Positions 9,336 to 19,869 are shown, numbered from the stretch's first letter. The stretch: 64,000 nucleotides of DNA from Vulcanimicrobiota bacterium (GCA_963795855.1 CAWCIZ010000002.1:320001-384000), one strand, 5' to 3'. The notes: generated by a model from the sequence alone, not told the origin. Numbers and translations: made by a program.

Positions 9336-11171
9336 TTAGACCCCCGAATATTCGGCGCGCGCGACGCGGCCGCTGGCGTACGCCTCGGACACGAGCGAAT
9401 GAACGTCGATGATGAGTGAAATGGAACCGTTGCCCAGAATCGTCGCACCGGAAATGCCCGGGATGCGCCCGACCACGTCGGAAAGCGGCTTGATGACGAT
9501 CTCTTGTTCGCCTTGGAACGAGTCCACGACCAAGCCGACTTGACGGCCCTGGAGGCCGACGATCACCGTCATGACCTTGTCGGGATCGCGGTCCGCGCGA
9601 AGGTCGAAGAAATCGGCGATGCGTACGAGCGGCACCACTTGCCCGCGCAGAGTGATCACTTCGCTGCCGTGCACGGTGCGCACGTCTTCCATCTCGACCC
9701 GCTGCGATTCGATGACGGAGTCGAGCGGAATCGCATACAGTTCCTCACCCACGCGCACGAGCAGCGCTTGAATGATCGCGAGCGTGAGCGGCAATTTTAT
9801 CGTGAACGTCGTGCCGGCTCCCGGCACGGTGTTGACGTCGAAGACGCCTTTGAGGCGCGTGATGTTCTTCTTCACCACGTCCATCCCGACGCCTCGGCCG
9901 CTGACGTCGCTTACCACTTCCGCCGTAGAGAATCCCGGCGTGAAGATCAATTCGATGATCTCGCGATCCGTCAAGCGGTCGTCCGACCCGATCAGTCCTT
10001 GCTTGATGCCGCGCGCACGCACCCGATCCAGATCGATGCCGTTTCCGTCGTCGGAGACTTCGATGATGATCTGATTGCCCTCGTGATAGGCGTCGAGCGA
10101 GATGGTGCCGTGGCGCGGTTTGCCGCGGCGTTCGCGCTCCTCCGGCGTCTCGATGCCGTGGTCGACGCAGTTGCGCAGCAGATGCATGAGCGGATCGCCG
10201 ACTTCGTCGACGATCGTCTTGTCGAGATCCGTTTCGGCTCCGGCGATTGCCAGGTGCACTTCCTTGCCGCGCGCCTTTGCAACATCGCGCACCATGCGCG
10301 GAAACCGATCGAACACTTGTCCGATCGGCACCATGCGCACTTTCATGATCGATTCCTGAATCTCGTTCGTCGTACGCGCCAGCAGCGCCGAACTGTCCGC
10401 CAGTTCCTTGGTGAGCGGCGCGAGTTCTTTGGCATGCAGCGCGCGCTCGAGCGTATTGGCGATATCGGAGATGCGCGTGCGGTTGATGACGAGTTCGCCG
10501 ACCAGGTTGAGCAGCAAATCCAGGCGCTCGATGTCGACGCGAATCGTTTGGTGACTTTTCGTCTTGCCGGCTGCTTCCGTTCGTGCCTGCGGCGTTTGCA
10601 CTTCCGGACGCGGCGTTTGCGGAGCGCGCATCTGTTCCACTTGGCGCCACACTTCGGCTTCGAACGCGGCGATTTCGTCTTCGCTCACCACTTCTTCGGC
10701 AGCGGCCTCTTCGAACGAAACGTCGGAACCCGTCGCGCCTTCGATTACGTTCGACGTCTCGTCGTACACCGCAACGAACGAATCGACGCGCGCAATGTAG
10801 GCGGCAAGTCCGGCCGGCGTTTCGGTGCCTTGCACCGCGGCCTCGATCAGCCCGGTTAGGAAATCGCGGCCCGCGAACAATACGTCGACGCACGTTTCGG
10901 AGAGCGGCATGCGCTCTTTACGCAGCAGGTCGCACAAATTTTCGAGGCGGTGAGCAAGGCTCTGCACGTCCGTGAACTGCAGCATTCCGGAACTGCCCTT
11001 GATCGTGTGGAGGCCGCGGAAAAGCGAATTCACCAATTCGGCGTCAGGGCGGCCGCCGTTCACGAAGTCTTCGAGATGGAGGAGATCGGCGTCGAGCTGC
11101 TGCAGCAGCTCCTCGGCTTCGTCGCGGAAGTACGAGACGAATTCGGATCTATCGAACAGGTCTTCGCTCAT
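9336..11171 (-). CDS. cheA: Chemotaxis histidine kinase CheA
   Basis: Hpt LFRGLHTIKGSSGM, TIRVDIERLD, HLLRNCVDHGIE, GFSTAEVVSDVSGRGVGMDVV, C-terminal CheW domain. Confidence 0.97.
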   Translation of the reverse strand: MSEDLFDRSEFVSYFRDEAEELLQQLDADLLHLEDFVNGGRPDAELVNSLFRGLHTIKGSSGMLQFTDVQSLAHRLENLCDLLRKERMPLSETCVDVLFAGRDFLTGLIEAAVQGTETPAGLAAYIARVDSFVAVYDETSNVIEGATGSDVSFEEAAAEEVVSEDEIAAFEAEVWRQVEQMRAPQTPRPEVQTPQARTEAAGKTKSHQTIRVDIERLDLLLNLVGELVINRTRISDIANTLERALHAKELAPLTKELADSSALLARTTNEIQESIMKVRMVPIGQVFDRFPRMVRDVAKARGKEVHLAIAGAETDLDKTIVDEVGDPLMHLLRNCVDHGIETPEERERRGKPRHGTISLDAYHEGNQIIIEVSDDGNGIDLDRVRARGIKQGLIGSDDRLTDREIIELIFTPGFSTAEVVSDVSGRGVGMDVVKKNITRLKGVFDVNTVPGAGTTFTIKLPLTLAIIQALLVRVGEELYAIPLDSVIESQRVEMEDVRTVHGSEVITLRGQVVPLVRIADFFDLRADRDPDKVMTVIVGLQGRQVGLVVDSFQGEQEIVIKPLSDVVGRIPGISGATILGNGSISLIIDVHSLVSEAYASGRVARAEYSGV

Positions 11172-11191
11172 GGCCGCCGAGCCGAAACGGT

Positions 11192-11803
11192 TTACTCTAC
11201 GCCGAAGACGGCGAGAAGCGGCCCGAGAGAGCCGGTTTCCGGTATCAAGATGAACTGACCCGACACCGCCTTTTCCTTGTCCAGGAACGCGCTTTCGATC
11301 AAGAAGACGTCTTGGTCCGGCAGTATCGACATCAGGGTGCGGAATGCCGCCTGGATCGTCCCGTACGAAAGCGTCGGAACCGACGGAAGCACGTTCTGAC
11401 CGGTGAGATTGTTGATGGCGGATAGATACGAACCGGCGATGATGTTGCCGATCTCTTTGAGCGTGGAGTCGGCGATGGAATCGAAAACTTGAATGTCGCC
11501 GATGACGCGTTTGAGAAACGTCGAGACGAAATCGATCGCCTGTTCGCGGTCGAACAGCACGACGATTTGCCCGGGCGCCTCTCCGCGAATGTACATATGC
11601 AGCGCCGCCACCATCCGGTTCTCGTGACCGACGCGGCTGGCCAAATCGCGAAATTTGATGACGTCGATGCTCGGCTCGCTCAGATTGACCTTGGCGTTGA
11701 GCAGCTGCGAGAGCGCGGTTGCGGCATGGCCCGCGCCGATGTTGCCGACCTCTTTGAGCGCGTCCTTCTGCAAATCGTTGAGCTTGAGGCTTTGTGCGCT
11801 CAC
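11192..11803 (-). CDS. cheC: CheY-P phosphatase CheC
   Basis: Two ExxN motifs: DALKEVGNIGAG and STLKEIGNIIAG. GTG start overlaps the cheY stop. Confidence 0.92.
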   Translation of the reverse strand: MSAQSLKLNDLQKDALKEVGNIGAGHAATALSQLLNAKVNLSEPSIDVIKFRDLASRVGHENRMVAALHMYIRGEAPGQIVVLFDREQAIDFVSTFLKRVIGDIQVFDSIADSTLKEIGNIIAGSYLSAINNLTGQNVLPSVPTLSYGTIQAAFRTLMSILPDQDVFLIESAFLDKEKAVSGQFILIPETGSLGPLLAVFGVE

Positions 11804-12162
11804 GAAAGCACCTTGTTGATCGTCTCGAGAATCTTCGGAGGCTGGAACGGCTTGGTGATAAACGATTTCGCGCCGGCTTGAATCGCCTCGACGACCAGCG
11901 CCTGCTGTCCCATCGAGGTGCACATGATGATCTTCGCGTTGGGATCGTGGTTCATGATTTGCCGCACGGCGGAGATGCCGTCCATTTCCGGCATGACCAT
12001 GTCCATCGTGACGAGATCCGGGGTAAGCGACTTGTACTTGTCGACCGCTTCGGCGCCGTTTTGCGCCTCGCCGACCACGTCGAATCCGTTCTTGCTCAGA
12101 ATCCCCTTAATCATCATCCGCATGACGACGGCGTCGTCGACGATGAGGACCCGCTTGCTCAT
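11800..12162 (-). CDS. cheY: Chemotaxis response regulator CheY
   Basis: VLIVDD, PDLVTMDMVMP, CTSMGQQ, FITKPF. Confidence 0.96.
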   Translation of the reverse strand: MSKRVLIVDDAVVMRMMIKGILSKNGFDVVGEAQNGAEAVDKYKSLTPDLVTMDMVMPEMDGISAVRQIMNHDPNAKIIMCTSMGQQALVVEAIQAGAKSFITKPFQPPKILETINKVLS

Positions 12163-12198
12163 TCCTTGCTCCTAGAGGCCGATATTGGTACCTAATCC

Positions 12199-12226
12199 CC
12201 ATCGGCCGAAATCGGGGTTTTTGTTA
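12199..12226 (-). promoter_or_regulatory. sigma28 (FliA) promoter upstream of cheY
   Basis: Minus strand TAAC-N16-GCCGATGG. Confidence 0.6.
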
Positions 12227-12230
12227 GGCG

Positions 12231-12899
12231 CTACGCCAGGCCGCGGTTGCGCAGCTCCGTCGTCCGGCGATTGATAAAGTCCAGAATGGCGCGATCTTCC
12301 TCGGCCGTGACGCCTTGAAAGCGCAGACCGTGTGAGAATTTGCCGGAAGTCGGTATCTGCTCGACCCGCATTACCTCGGCCAAAACGGTAAGGGGCGCGG
12401 CAACTGCGCTGAGCGTCATCTTGATCTCGAGCGTTTGCCCCACTTTGCATTGCCGATCCATGATGAGCGCGCAACCGCCGCGGCTGATGTCGCGGATGCT
12501 GCCCTTCGCGAATTCGCCGACTCCCTGGCCGCCCGGCGCCATGCGCCAGAAGCCGCCGATGAGCGTGTCCAGTCGAACGCTGGAGCGTTTTTGCGCGCCG
12601 CCCGCTATCGTTTCGATGCGCTCGGGAATCGGAAAGAACGTCATGCCGTCGCGCACCTCCGCGATGGTTGCAGCGAAGCGGAATTTTCCGAGCGAGGTTT
12701 GATAGACGAAGACGGCGCGTTCGCCTTTGCGGCCGACCGTGTCGCCGACGGCAATGCGCTCGGGGCCGGATTCTTCGATGGAAACCGATCGCGCGGCGCG
12801 TCCGGTTATCGTCACGTCGACGAACGAATGCAGCGCCGGCAACTTGCCTTCGTCGACGCGCTTTTTCACGTTCGGGCGGAACAGCGATTTGAACATCAT
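12231..12899 (-). CDS. YcgR/MotI-like PilZ-domain flagellar brake protein
   Basis: QKRSSVR (RxxxR) and DISRGGC (DxSxxG) PilZ motifs. Confidence 0.85.
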   Translation of the reverse strand: MMFKSLFRPNVKKRVDEGKLPALHSFVDVTITGRAARSVSIEESGPERIAVGDTVGRKGERAVFVYQTSLGKFRFAATIAEVRDGMTFFPIPERIETIAGGAQKRSSVRLDTLIGGFWRMAPGGQGVGEFAKGSIRDISRGGCALIMDRQCKVGQTLEIKMTLSAVAAPLTVLAEVMRVEQIPTSGKFSHGLRFQGVTAEEDRAILDFINRRTTELRNRGLA

Positions 12900-15028
12900 G
12901 TTCGCGAACTCTCCATTTCCGCTTCATCGGTGGTCGCGATCTGACCGATGGATTCGACACGCAGACCCGGTGCGATCTCCGAGTACGAAAGCACGACCAG
13001 CTGCGGCGCGGCGCGCTCCGTCAAACGCTTGAGCGCCAGGCGCACCGAGGGCGAGCAGAGCACGATCGGGTGGAGGCCGGCACTTTGCGCCGCCGCCATT
13101 TGTTTGGTGAGCGAGCTGTAAATCTTCGCGACGGTGTTCGGATCCAAAAGCGCGTACGCGTCCTCACCGCGGCGCACCGCTTCGCCGAGCAGCGCTTCTA
13201 AACGCGGATCGACCGTAATGACCGAGAGGAGACCTTCTTCGGCGTATTCCGCGCAGATGTGACGAGCCATCGCAGCGCGCACGCGCTCGGTTAGGAAGTC
13301 GACGTCCTTGCTGACGCGCGCGGCGTCCGCCAAACTCTCGAGGATGAGCAGCAAATTGCGGATCGGGATGCGTTCGCGCAGCAGATTCTGCAGGACGCGT
13401 TGGATTTCGCCGACGGTAAGCAGATTCGGAACCAGTTCTTCGACGACGACCGGGTAGTGCGTCTTGACGTTGTCGAGCAGCGCCGACGTTTCTTGCCGTC
13501 CGAGCAGATCGGGCGAGTGGCCTTTGATGATTTCCGTGAGGTGCGTCGCGATGACGCTGGTCGGATCGATGACGGTGTAGCCCGCCATCTCGGCCTCCGA
13601 ACGCGCCGCATCCGAAATCCACAACGCAGGCAGATTGAATGCCGGTTCGGTCGTTGGAATGCCTTCGATGGGCGAGGTTGCGGTGCCCGGGTTCATCGCG
13701 AGCAAACGGCTCACCATGACCTCCGCGGACGCGACTTCAAGGCCGTAGATCTTCACGACGTACGTGCTCGGTTTGAGTTGCAGATTGTCGCGCACCCGAA
13801 TCGGCGGCACGACGATGCCGAGATCGCGCGCGGCATGGCGGCGAATCAGCGTTATGCGCTCGAGTAAGTCGCCGCCCTGCGTGGTATCGACCAGCGGAAT
13901 CAGGCCAAACCCGATCTCCAGTTCCATCGGATCGTAGGAGAGCAGCGGCACGACCGACTCCGCCGGCTTGACGGCCGGCGTCGCACTTGCGCCGCCGGCG
14001 ACGGCCGCGGCCTGCGCCGGCGTGGGCAGCTGCCCGACGCGCTGGTCGCGCGGGCGGTTGCGCGTGCGCAGGTAATAGATGAAGAGCAGCGCCGAGAGCG
14101 GCAGCATGAACCACCGCACCAAGCCGGCAAACCCGAAGAGCGCGGTCATGATCGCCGCGATCAGGATTGCGGTGGGCTGGCCGCTGAGCTGCTTGGTCAG
14201 ATCCGCCCCGAAATCCGATTCGGACGCGGCGCGCGTGACGATGATGCCGGTTGCGGTCGAGATTAGCAGCGCGGGAACTTGCGTGACGATGCCTTCACCG
14301 ACCGTCAGCAGCGTAAAGTGCTGCAGCGACTGCATCAGCGAGAGATGCTCTTGCGCGACGCCGACGATGAAGCCGCCGACGGTGTTAATCGCGACGATGA
14401 TGAGCGCGGCGATCGCGTCGCCGCGTACGAACTTGCTGGCGCCGTCCATCGCGCCGTAAAAGTCTGCCGAACGCTGAATGTCTTTGCGCCGCTGACGAGC
14501 TTCCGCTTCAGTGATGAGCCCGGCGTTGAGATCCGCGTCGATGGCGAGCTGTTTGCCGGGCATCGCGTCGAGCGTGAAACGCGCGGCGACTTCCGCGACG
14601 CGTCCGGCGCCGTTCGTGATGACCACGAATTGGATAACGATGAGAATCAGGAAGATCACGAAGCCGACGGCATAGTTTCCGCCGACCACGATGTTCCCGA
14701 AGAAATTGATGACCTCGCCGGCGTACCCGTGCAGCAGGATGGACCGCGTCGCGGTGACGTTGAGTGAAAGGCGAAACAGCGTTACGATGAGCAGCAGCGT
14801 CGGAAAGACGCTGAACTGCAGGGCGTTCTCCGCGTAGAGTGCCACGCCGATGATCAGCAGCGCGGCGCCGATGTTGATCGTCAGCAGCAAGTCGAGCAGC
14901 ACGGGAGGAATCGGCACGATCATCAGAATGACGAGCATGACCGATGCGCCGGCGACCCAAATGGGCGCCGTTCCCGCGATGCGGCTCAGGATGCCGCCGT
15001 TTTGCTGGACCTGCGAAACCGCAGCCAT
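12896..15028 (-). CDS. flhA: Flagellar export gate FlhA
   Basis: RVAEVAARFTLDAMPGKQLAIDADL, DFYGAMDGASKFVRGDA. Confidence 0.98.
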   Translation of the reverse strand: MAAVSQVQQNGGILSRIAGTAPIWVAGASVMLVILMIVPIPPVLLDLLLTINIGAALLIIGVALYAENALQFSVFPTLLLIVTLFRLSLNVTATRSILLHGYAGEVINFFGNIVVGGNYAVGFVIFLILIVIQFVVITNGAGRVAEVAARFTLDAMPGKQLAIDADLNAGLITEAEARQRRKDIQRSADFYGAMDGASKFVRGDAIAALIIVAINTVGGFIVGVAQEHLSLMQSLQHFTLLTVGEGIVTQVPALLISTATGIIVTRAASESDFGADLTKQLSGQPTAILIAAIMTALFGFAGLVRWFMLPLSALLFIYYLRTRNRPRDQRVGQLPTPAQAAAVAGGASATPAVKPAESVVPLLSYDPMELEIGFGLIPLVDTTQGGDLLERITLIRRHAARDLGIVVPPIRVRDNLQLKPSTYVVKIYGLEVASAEVMVSRLLAMNPGTATSPIEGIPTTEPAFNLPALWISDAARSEAEMAGYTVIDPTSVIATHLTEIIKGHSPDLLGRQETSALLDNVKTHYPVVVEELVPNLLTVGEIQRVLQNLLRERIPIRNLLLILESLADAARVSKDVDFLTERVRAAMARHICAEYAEEGLLSVITVDPRLEALLGEAVRRGEDAYALLDPNTVAKIYSSLTKQMAAAQSAGLHPIVLCSPSVRLALKRLTERAAPQLVVLSYSEIAPGLRVESIGQIATTDEAEMESSRT

Positions 15029-16092
15029 CAGGCGATCGTCTTTCTTTTAATCTTGTACACGAACGCGATGACTTGCGCCACGGCCGCATACAAGTTCGGC
15101 GGAATCGACTGCTCCAGTTCCACCTTTGCATAGAGCGTACGCGCGAGCGGCGGGTTCTCCATGATCGGAACGCCGTGTTCTTGTGCGATTTCGCGAATGC
15201 GCTTGGCAAGGAGATCCGCGCCTTTGGCCGTGACGACGGGCGCTTCCATCTTCACTTCATCCCACTCGAGCGCGACGGCGAAGTGGGTCGGGTTGGTTAC
15301 GACGACGGTCGCTTTCGGCACGGCCGACATCATGCGCCGGCGCGCAAATTCGCGCTGGCGGCGCTTGACGGCGCCCTTGGCTTCGGGGTTGCCTTCCGAC
15401 TGCCGGAACTCGTCCTTCACCTCTTGCTTGGTCATCTTGAGGTTTTCTTCGTACTGCCATTTCTCGTACGCATAATCGAGCAGCCCGACGATGACCAGCA
15501 GCAAACCGAATTTCCAGCCGATCGAAAAAATCAATTCGCCGACGAACGAGAGCATGTGCTGCGGCGAGAGCTGACCAAGCATCAGCAGCGTGTTGACGTT
15601 TCCGGCGACGCTCGAGTAAATGATGACTAGCACCGCGCCTAGTTTGAGCAGCTGCTTGGCAAGATTGACGAGCACTTGTCTGGAGAACATGCGTTGAAAG
15701 CCGGTCAGCGGATTGATCTTGTTGAAGCTGGGCGCGATCGGCGTAAGCGAAATCAGGAAGCCGGTCTGCAAAACGTTGACGCCGATGCCGGCGATTACCG
15801 CCGCTCCGAAAAGCAAACCCAAGAGCAGGGCGAGGCCGCCGAATCCGCGCGCGAACAGCGTCCATACCGACGTGATCGTGAAGTCCTGATGCTCGTGAAT
15901 ACGCCACAGAATCTCCTGAACGCTCGTCGAAAGCGAGCCCAGAGCAGCCGGGGTACACGCGTGCAGCACGAAAACGCCGGCAAGGAAGACCGATGCGCCG
16001 GCGAGATCGGGGCTCTTCGCAACTTGACCGCGTCCTCGCGCCTCTTCACGGCGCTTCGGTGTGGCCTTTTCAGTCTGCTCGGGTCTTGCCAC
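15028..16092 (-). CDS. flhB: Flagellar export switch FlhB
   Basis: TEKATPKRR, MTKQEVKDE, NPTH autocleavage motif. Confidence 0.97.
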   Translation of the reverse strand: MARPEQTEKATPKRREEARGRGQVAKSPDLAGASVFLAGVFVLHACTPAALGSLSTSVQEILWRIHEHQDFTITSVWTLFARGFGGLALLLGLLFGAAVIAGIGVNVLQTGFLISLTPIAPSFNKINPLTGFQRMFSRQVLVNLAKQLLKLGAVLVIIYSSVAGNVNTLLMLGQLSPQHMLSFVGELIFSIGWKFGLLLVIVGLLDYAYEKWQYEENLKMTKQEVKDEFRQSEGNPEAKGAVKRRQREFARRRMMSAVPKATVVVTNPTHFAVALEWDEVKMEAPVVTAKGADLLAKRIREIAQEHGVPIMENPPLARTLYAKVELEQSIPPNLYAAVAQVIAFVYKIKRKTIA

Positions 16093-16250
16093 CTAGACCT
16101 ATCATCGGCCGCCGCGCTGGTGCTCAACAGTACGCGCGCGCAGGTTTTACCGTGCGGGGACGGCGCCTTAACCGGCGGGACACTGCCCCGGTGCGACGAA
16201 TAGGCGGGGGGTTTAAGCCCCTCCCGGGCAACCTCATCACAGGAGACTAC

Positions 16251-17357
16251 ATGCGTCGTTCTGCGGGCCTGGCGGCCTCGTTGTTTTTCACTGCTCTTGC
16301 GCTGGCAGGATGCGGCCACGGCACGGTCATCGGCAGCAATCCGCTGCCTACGGCGTCCCCCATCGTTCCAAAGGTGACGAACGAATTTGCCGTGCCCACG
16401 GCGGGCGCCAACCCCGGCGGCATTACCGTGGGAAGCGACGGATTCTTGTACTTCACCGAGCAGGGCGACGGGAAAAGTCGGGCAGCTGCACCACGGGCGG
16501 CACGGTAACGGAATTCAGCATCGCCTCAAACGGCGGCACGGCGGGCAACAACCCCATGTTCATCACGCATGGACCTGACGGCAATCTTTGGTTTACCGAG
16601 CAAGGCGCTTCGCCGGGCGTCGCCACGATGGCGATCACGGGCAACAAGGTTACGGAGTTTCACGTCACTGGGAGCGCGCCGCAATACCTTGTATCAGGTC
16701 CGGCGCTCAACACGCTCGTGTTCACCGATCCGGGCAACAATGCGATCGGCGAGATACTCACGACCGGCCAGTTCGCTCCGACCGGCACCGTTACGCCGCC
16801 GGCGAATTGCGTCGTTACCGCGTCCAGCGCCAGCGTCTGCGAATTCTCCATCACAGCGTTAGGCGGCAGCGCGAGCGCCGACCCGCTCGGAATAGCGGTG
16901 AACTCCGGCGACTCCAGTCATGTCTACTTCGCGGAAAACGCCGCTTCGCGTATCGGCGTGCTCAACGTTCAGAACGGCACACTTGCGGAAGTTCCGACCG
17001 TCACGCCCAACGCCGGACCAACTGCAATCGTTCAAGGTCCCGACGGCGCGATGTGGTTCACCGAGAACAACGTCGCTAAGATCGGCCGCCTCACCACGGC
17101 GGGTCAGGCGAGCGAGTATTCCCTGACGCCCGCGACGAGCGCGCTCGGTTTGATTGCGGCCTCCGACAACAATCTTTACTTTGCGGATCCCGCGCAAAAC
17201 AAGATCGGCAGCGTGAGCGCTATCACGCCATCCACCGTAAATGAATACGCGGTCCCAACGGCGAGTGCGTTTCCGAATCAGCTCGTGATCGGACCGGACG
17301 GTCTCATCTACTTCACGGAGACGCACGGCGAACAAGATCGGGCAGATGATTTACTAA
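16251..17357 (+). CDS. Virginiamycin B lyase (Vgb)-like beta-propeller lipoprotein (indels near 16475 and 17330)
   Basis: AGGAG RBS, lipobox LALAGC, repeated G(P/S)DGxxWFTE blades spread across the shifted frames. Confidence 0.8.
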
Positions 17358-17463
17358 GGCGTTGTGGCGTAGGCGCTGTTCCGCGCATGAAAAACTTTTT
17401 CCGATCGATTATTCCGTTGCCGCGCGCCGCGCTTGTCGGCGGTTTTTCGAAGGGCGGTTTTCG

Positions 17464-18246
17464 TTAGGGCGATGCCATGCCGCGCATCACCGTATCCATA
17501 TGACGCGCCGCGTCCGAGAAGATTTGCGGGGATGCGGTAACCAGCAGCGGAACGCTGACGGCGAGCATCAGCAGCCCGACGCCGATCTGCAGCGGGAAGC
17601 CGACGACGAAGACGTTCATCTGCGGTGCAACGCGAGCCATCAGCCCCAGCGCGACGTTGATGATGAAGAGCGAGACGGCGGCAGGCGCGGCAATTTGGAA
17701 GACGATCAGGAACGCCTGCTCCAAAAACGTGACGACGTTGCCGGCTACGCTCGGGTCGAGGTTGACGTACGGCAGCGGCACGAGGTGGAACGACCCGCCG
17801 ATGCCCTGCAGCATCAGCAGATGCGAGTTGCTGACAAGAAAGACGAGCGTCGCAAGCGTCAACTCCAACTCGCCGAGCACCGTCACCTGCTCCTGCGTTT
17901 GCGGACTGATGACGTTCGCGACGGCGAAACCGATTTGGATGTCCAGGATTTCACCGGCGAACTGAATGCCCATGAATACCAGATATGCGACGAAGCCGAC
18001 GATGAGGCCAATCACGACTTGACTGACGACGGCGCCGATGAGCGAGCCGATGTCGGGAAGCGCCGCGGTGAGCGGCTGCGCATGAAAGATGACGAACGAG
18101 ATGATCCCCGCCAAGCCTATCCGCACCATGATCGGAATCTGACGCGCGGAGAACACGGGAAACACGAAGAGCATGGTCGACGTGCGCACGAAGACCAGGA
18201 GCAGCGTCTCGAATTGGGCCTGCGTGAGCCCGAAGACGTCGAGCAC
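17464..18246 (-). CDS. fliR: Flagellar export protein FliR
   Basis: FAGEILDIQIGF, RVAPQMNVFVVGFPL. Confidence 0.96.
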   Translation of the reverse strand: MLDVFGLTQAQFETLLLVFVRTSTMLFVFPVFSARQIPIMVRIGLAGIISFVIFHAQPLTAALPDIGSLIGAVVSQVVIGLIVGFVAYLVFMGIQFAGEILDIQIGFAVANVISPQTQEQVTVLGELELTLATLVFLVSNSHLLMLQGIGGSFHLVPLPYVNLDPSVAGNVVTFLEQAFLIVFQIAAPAAVSLFIINVALGLMARVAPQMNVFVVGFPLQIGVGLLMLAVSVPLLVTASPQIFSDAARHMDTVMRGMASP

Positions 18247-18250
18247 GCCG

Positions 18251-18520
18251 TTACTTTACGAAGCTTTGCACGTGCGTGAAGATGCGCGTGGTGAAGTCCG
18301 TGAGCAGCGCGAGCATGAAGGGCCCGAAAAACAGAATGGTCAGCGCGGATGCGATGATCTTCGGGATGAACGTCAGCGTCGGTTCCTGAATCTGCGTCAC
18401 CGCCTGGAAGATCGAAATGACGAGGCCCACGACCATCGAGATCAGCAACACCGGCGCGGCCACCATGAAGCACACGAAAATCGCGTCGCGGCCCAGCGCT
18501 ATCGCGTCACCGAAGCCCAT
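18251..18520 (-). CDS. fliQ: Flagellar export protein FliQ
   Basis: ISIFQAVTQIQEPTLTFIPK. ATG at 18520. Confidence 0.96.
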   Translation of the reverse strand: MGFGDAIALGRDAIFVCFMVAAPVLLISMVVGLVISIFQAVTQIQEPTLTFIPKIIASALTILFFGPFMLALLTDFTTRIFTHVQSFVK

Positions 18521-18546
18521 ATGCACACCCCACTCGACGGGTCGCG

Positions 18547-18702
18547 CGCCACCCCAACCTTCCGTCCGGAAATCTCTGACTTTTTTGCGCAAACCCGGAT
18601 GGTTTCTTCAAAACTACGTTCTCGCAAAAAAGCGGAGAAGCAGCGATTTTGCCATGGAGGGCACAATCGCTAGCGGTTTTTGGACGGAAGGTTGGGGTGG
18701 CG
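18547..18702. repeat. Structured intergenic element, family A, copy 1 (21-bp perfect inverted repeat around a ~92-bp core)
   Basis: 18547-18567 and 18682-18702 are perfect reverse complements. The core 18571-18662 matches the reverse complement of 49317-49407 (about 79/92 by eye). Confidence 0.9.
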
Positions 18703-18715
18703 AGCGTATACGCCG

Positions 18716-19522
18716 TCATTTGTAACTCTGAAAGATGGCGCTGACCGTGAGGTTCCATCCGTCGACGAGCAGGAAAATCAGGATTTTGAACGGCAGCGAA
18801 ATGATGACGGGCGGAATCATCATCATGCCCATGGACAGCAAGATGCTCGCGACCACCATGTCGATGACGATGAACGGCACATAGATTGCGAAGCCGATTT
18901 CGAACGCCGTCTTCAATTCGGAAATGACGAACGCGGGGATGACGATATAGGTGGGGACGTCCGCCTGCGTTGCGGGCCGCGGCTCATTGGACAGCGAGTA
19001 GAATAACTGCAAATCCTTCTCGCGCGTCTGCTTGAACATGAATTTGCGCAGCGGCTGCACGGCGCGGTCCAGCGCGACGGATTGCGTGATCTGGTTCTTC
19101 ATGAACGGCTGAAGCGCGTTTTGGTTGACGTCCTTGATGACCGGCGCCATGATGAAAAACGTCAAGAACAGCGCCAAGCCTACCAGCACTTGGTTCGGCG
19201 GGACTTGCTGCGTACCGAGGGCCGTGCGAACGAACGAGAGCACGACGATTACGCGCGTGAACGACGTCACCAGAACCAGCAGCGTCGGTGCGAGCGAAAG
19301 CACGGTGAGCAGCAGCAGAATTTGAAGCGCGGTCGCGACGTCTTTGGGATTCTTCGCTTGGCCGACGCCGATGCTCACCTGCGGAATCGGCACGGTCGGG
19401 CTCGACGGCGCGGTAGCGGCCGCGGCGATCGCCGGAATGACCCACAGCGAGAAGACGGCGACGCCGCTCACGATGAAAAAGGCGCGATGACGCGTCCACA
19501 GACGCGTGAAAAATGCAATCAT
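18716..19522 (-). CDS. fliP: Flagellar export protein FliP
   Basis: TSFTRVIVVLS, QQVPPNQVL, SELKTAFEIGF, SLPFKILIFLLVDGW. Confidence 0.97.
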   Translation of the reverse strand: MIAFFTRLWTRHRAFFIVSGVAVFSLWVIPAIAAAATAPSSPTVPIPQVSIGVGQAKNPKDVATALQILLLLTVLSLAPTLLVLVTSFTRVIVVLSFVRTALGTQQVPPNQVLVGLALFLTFFIMAPVIKDVNQNALQPFMKNQITQSVALDRAVQPLRKFMFKQTREKDLQLFYSLSNEPRPATQADVPTYIVIPAFVISELKTAFEIGFAIYVPFIVIDMVVASILLSMGMMMIPPVIISLPFKILIFLLVDGWNLTVSAIFQSYK

Positions 19523-19869
19523 GACTGTGGCTTGCGCAGTTGCTTCAGAAACCCGGCGATGGTCTGCGTTTGCTGCGCGAACAGCGTGCGCTGATCGCGA
19601 ATCCACGGCTCGACTTGCTCGGACGGCACTTCGGCCAGCGTATTGACGCGACCGCTGCCGCCGCCGATCAAGTAGTAGCGCTCGCCGACCTTGACGACGT
19701 GGAGCGTCGTGTTCTGCGCCAGAAACGTCGATTCCACGATCGTGACCAAGCGCCGGTCGGTTGACGTGACCAAACGTCCGCGGCCAAGTGCGCGCACGAC
19801 CGTGTACAGCCCAAAGAGCATCAGCGCTACGACCAGCAGCGCCAGTATATAATGTCCGGCGAACGCCAC
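19519..19869 (-). CDS. fliO: Flagellar biosynthesis protein FliO/FliZ
   Basis: N-terminal TM, LHVVKVGERYYLIG. Located between fliN and fliP. Confidence 0.85.
   Translation of the reverse strand: MAFAGHYILALLVVALMLFGLYTVVRALGRGRLVTSTDRRLVTIVESTFLAQNTTLHVVKVGERYYLIGGGSGRVNTLAEVPSEQVEPWIRDQRTLFAQQTQTIAGFLKQLRKPQS

Noticed and set aside
16251..17357. True streptogramin resistance gene vgb
   Set aside because: It is a lipoprotein with only fold-level similarity; catalytic residues were not confirmed.
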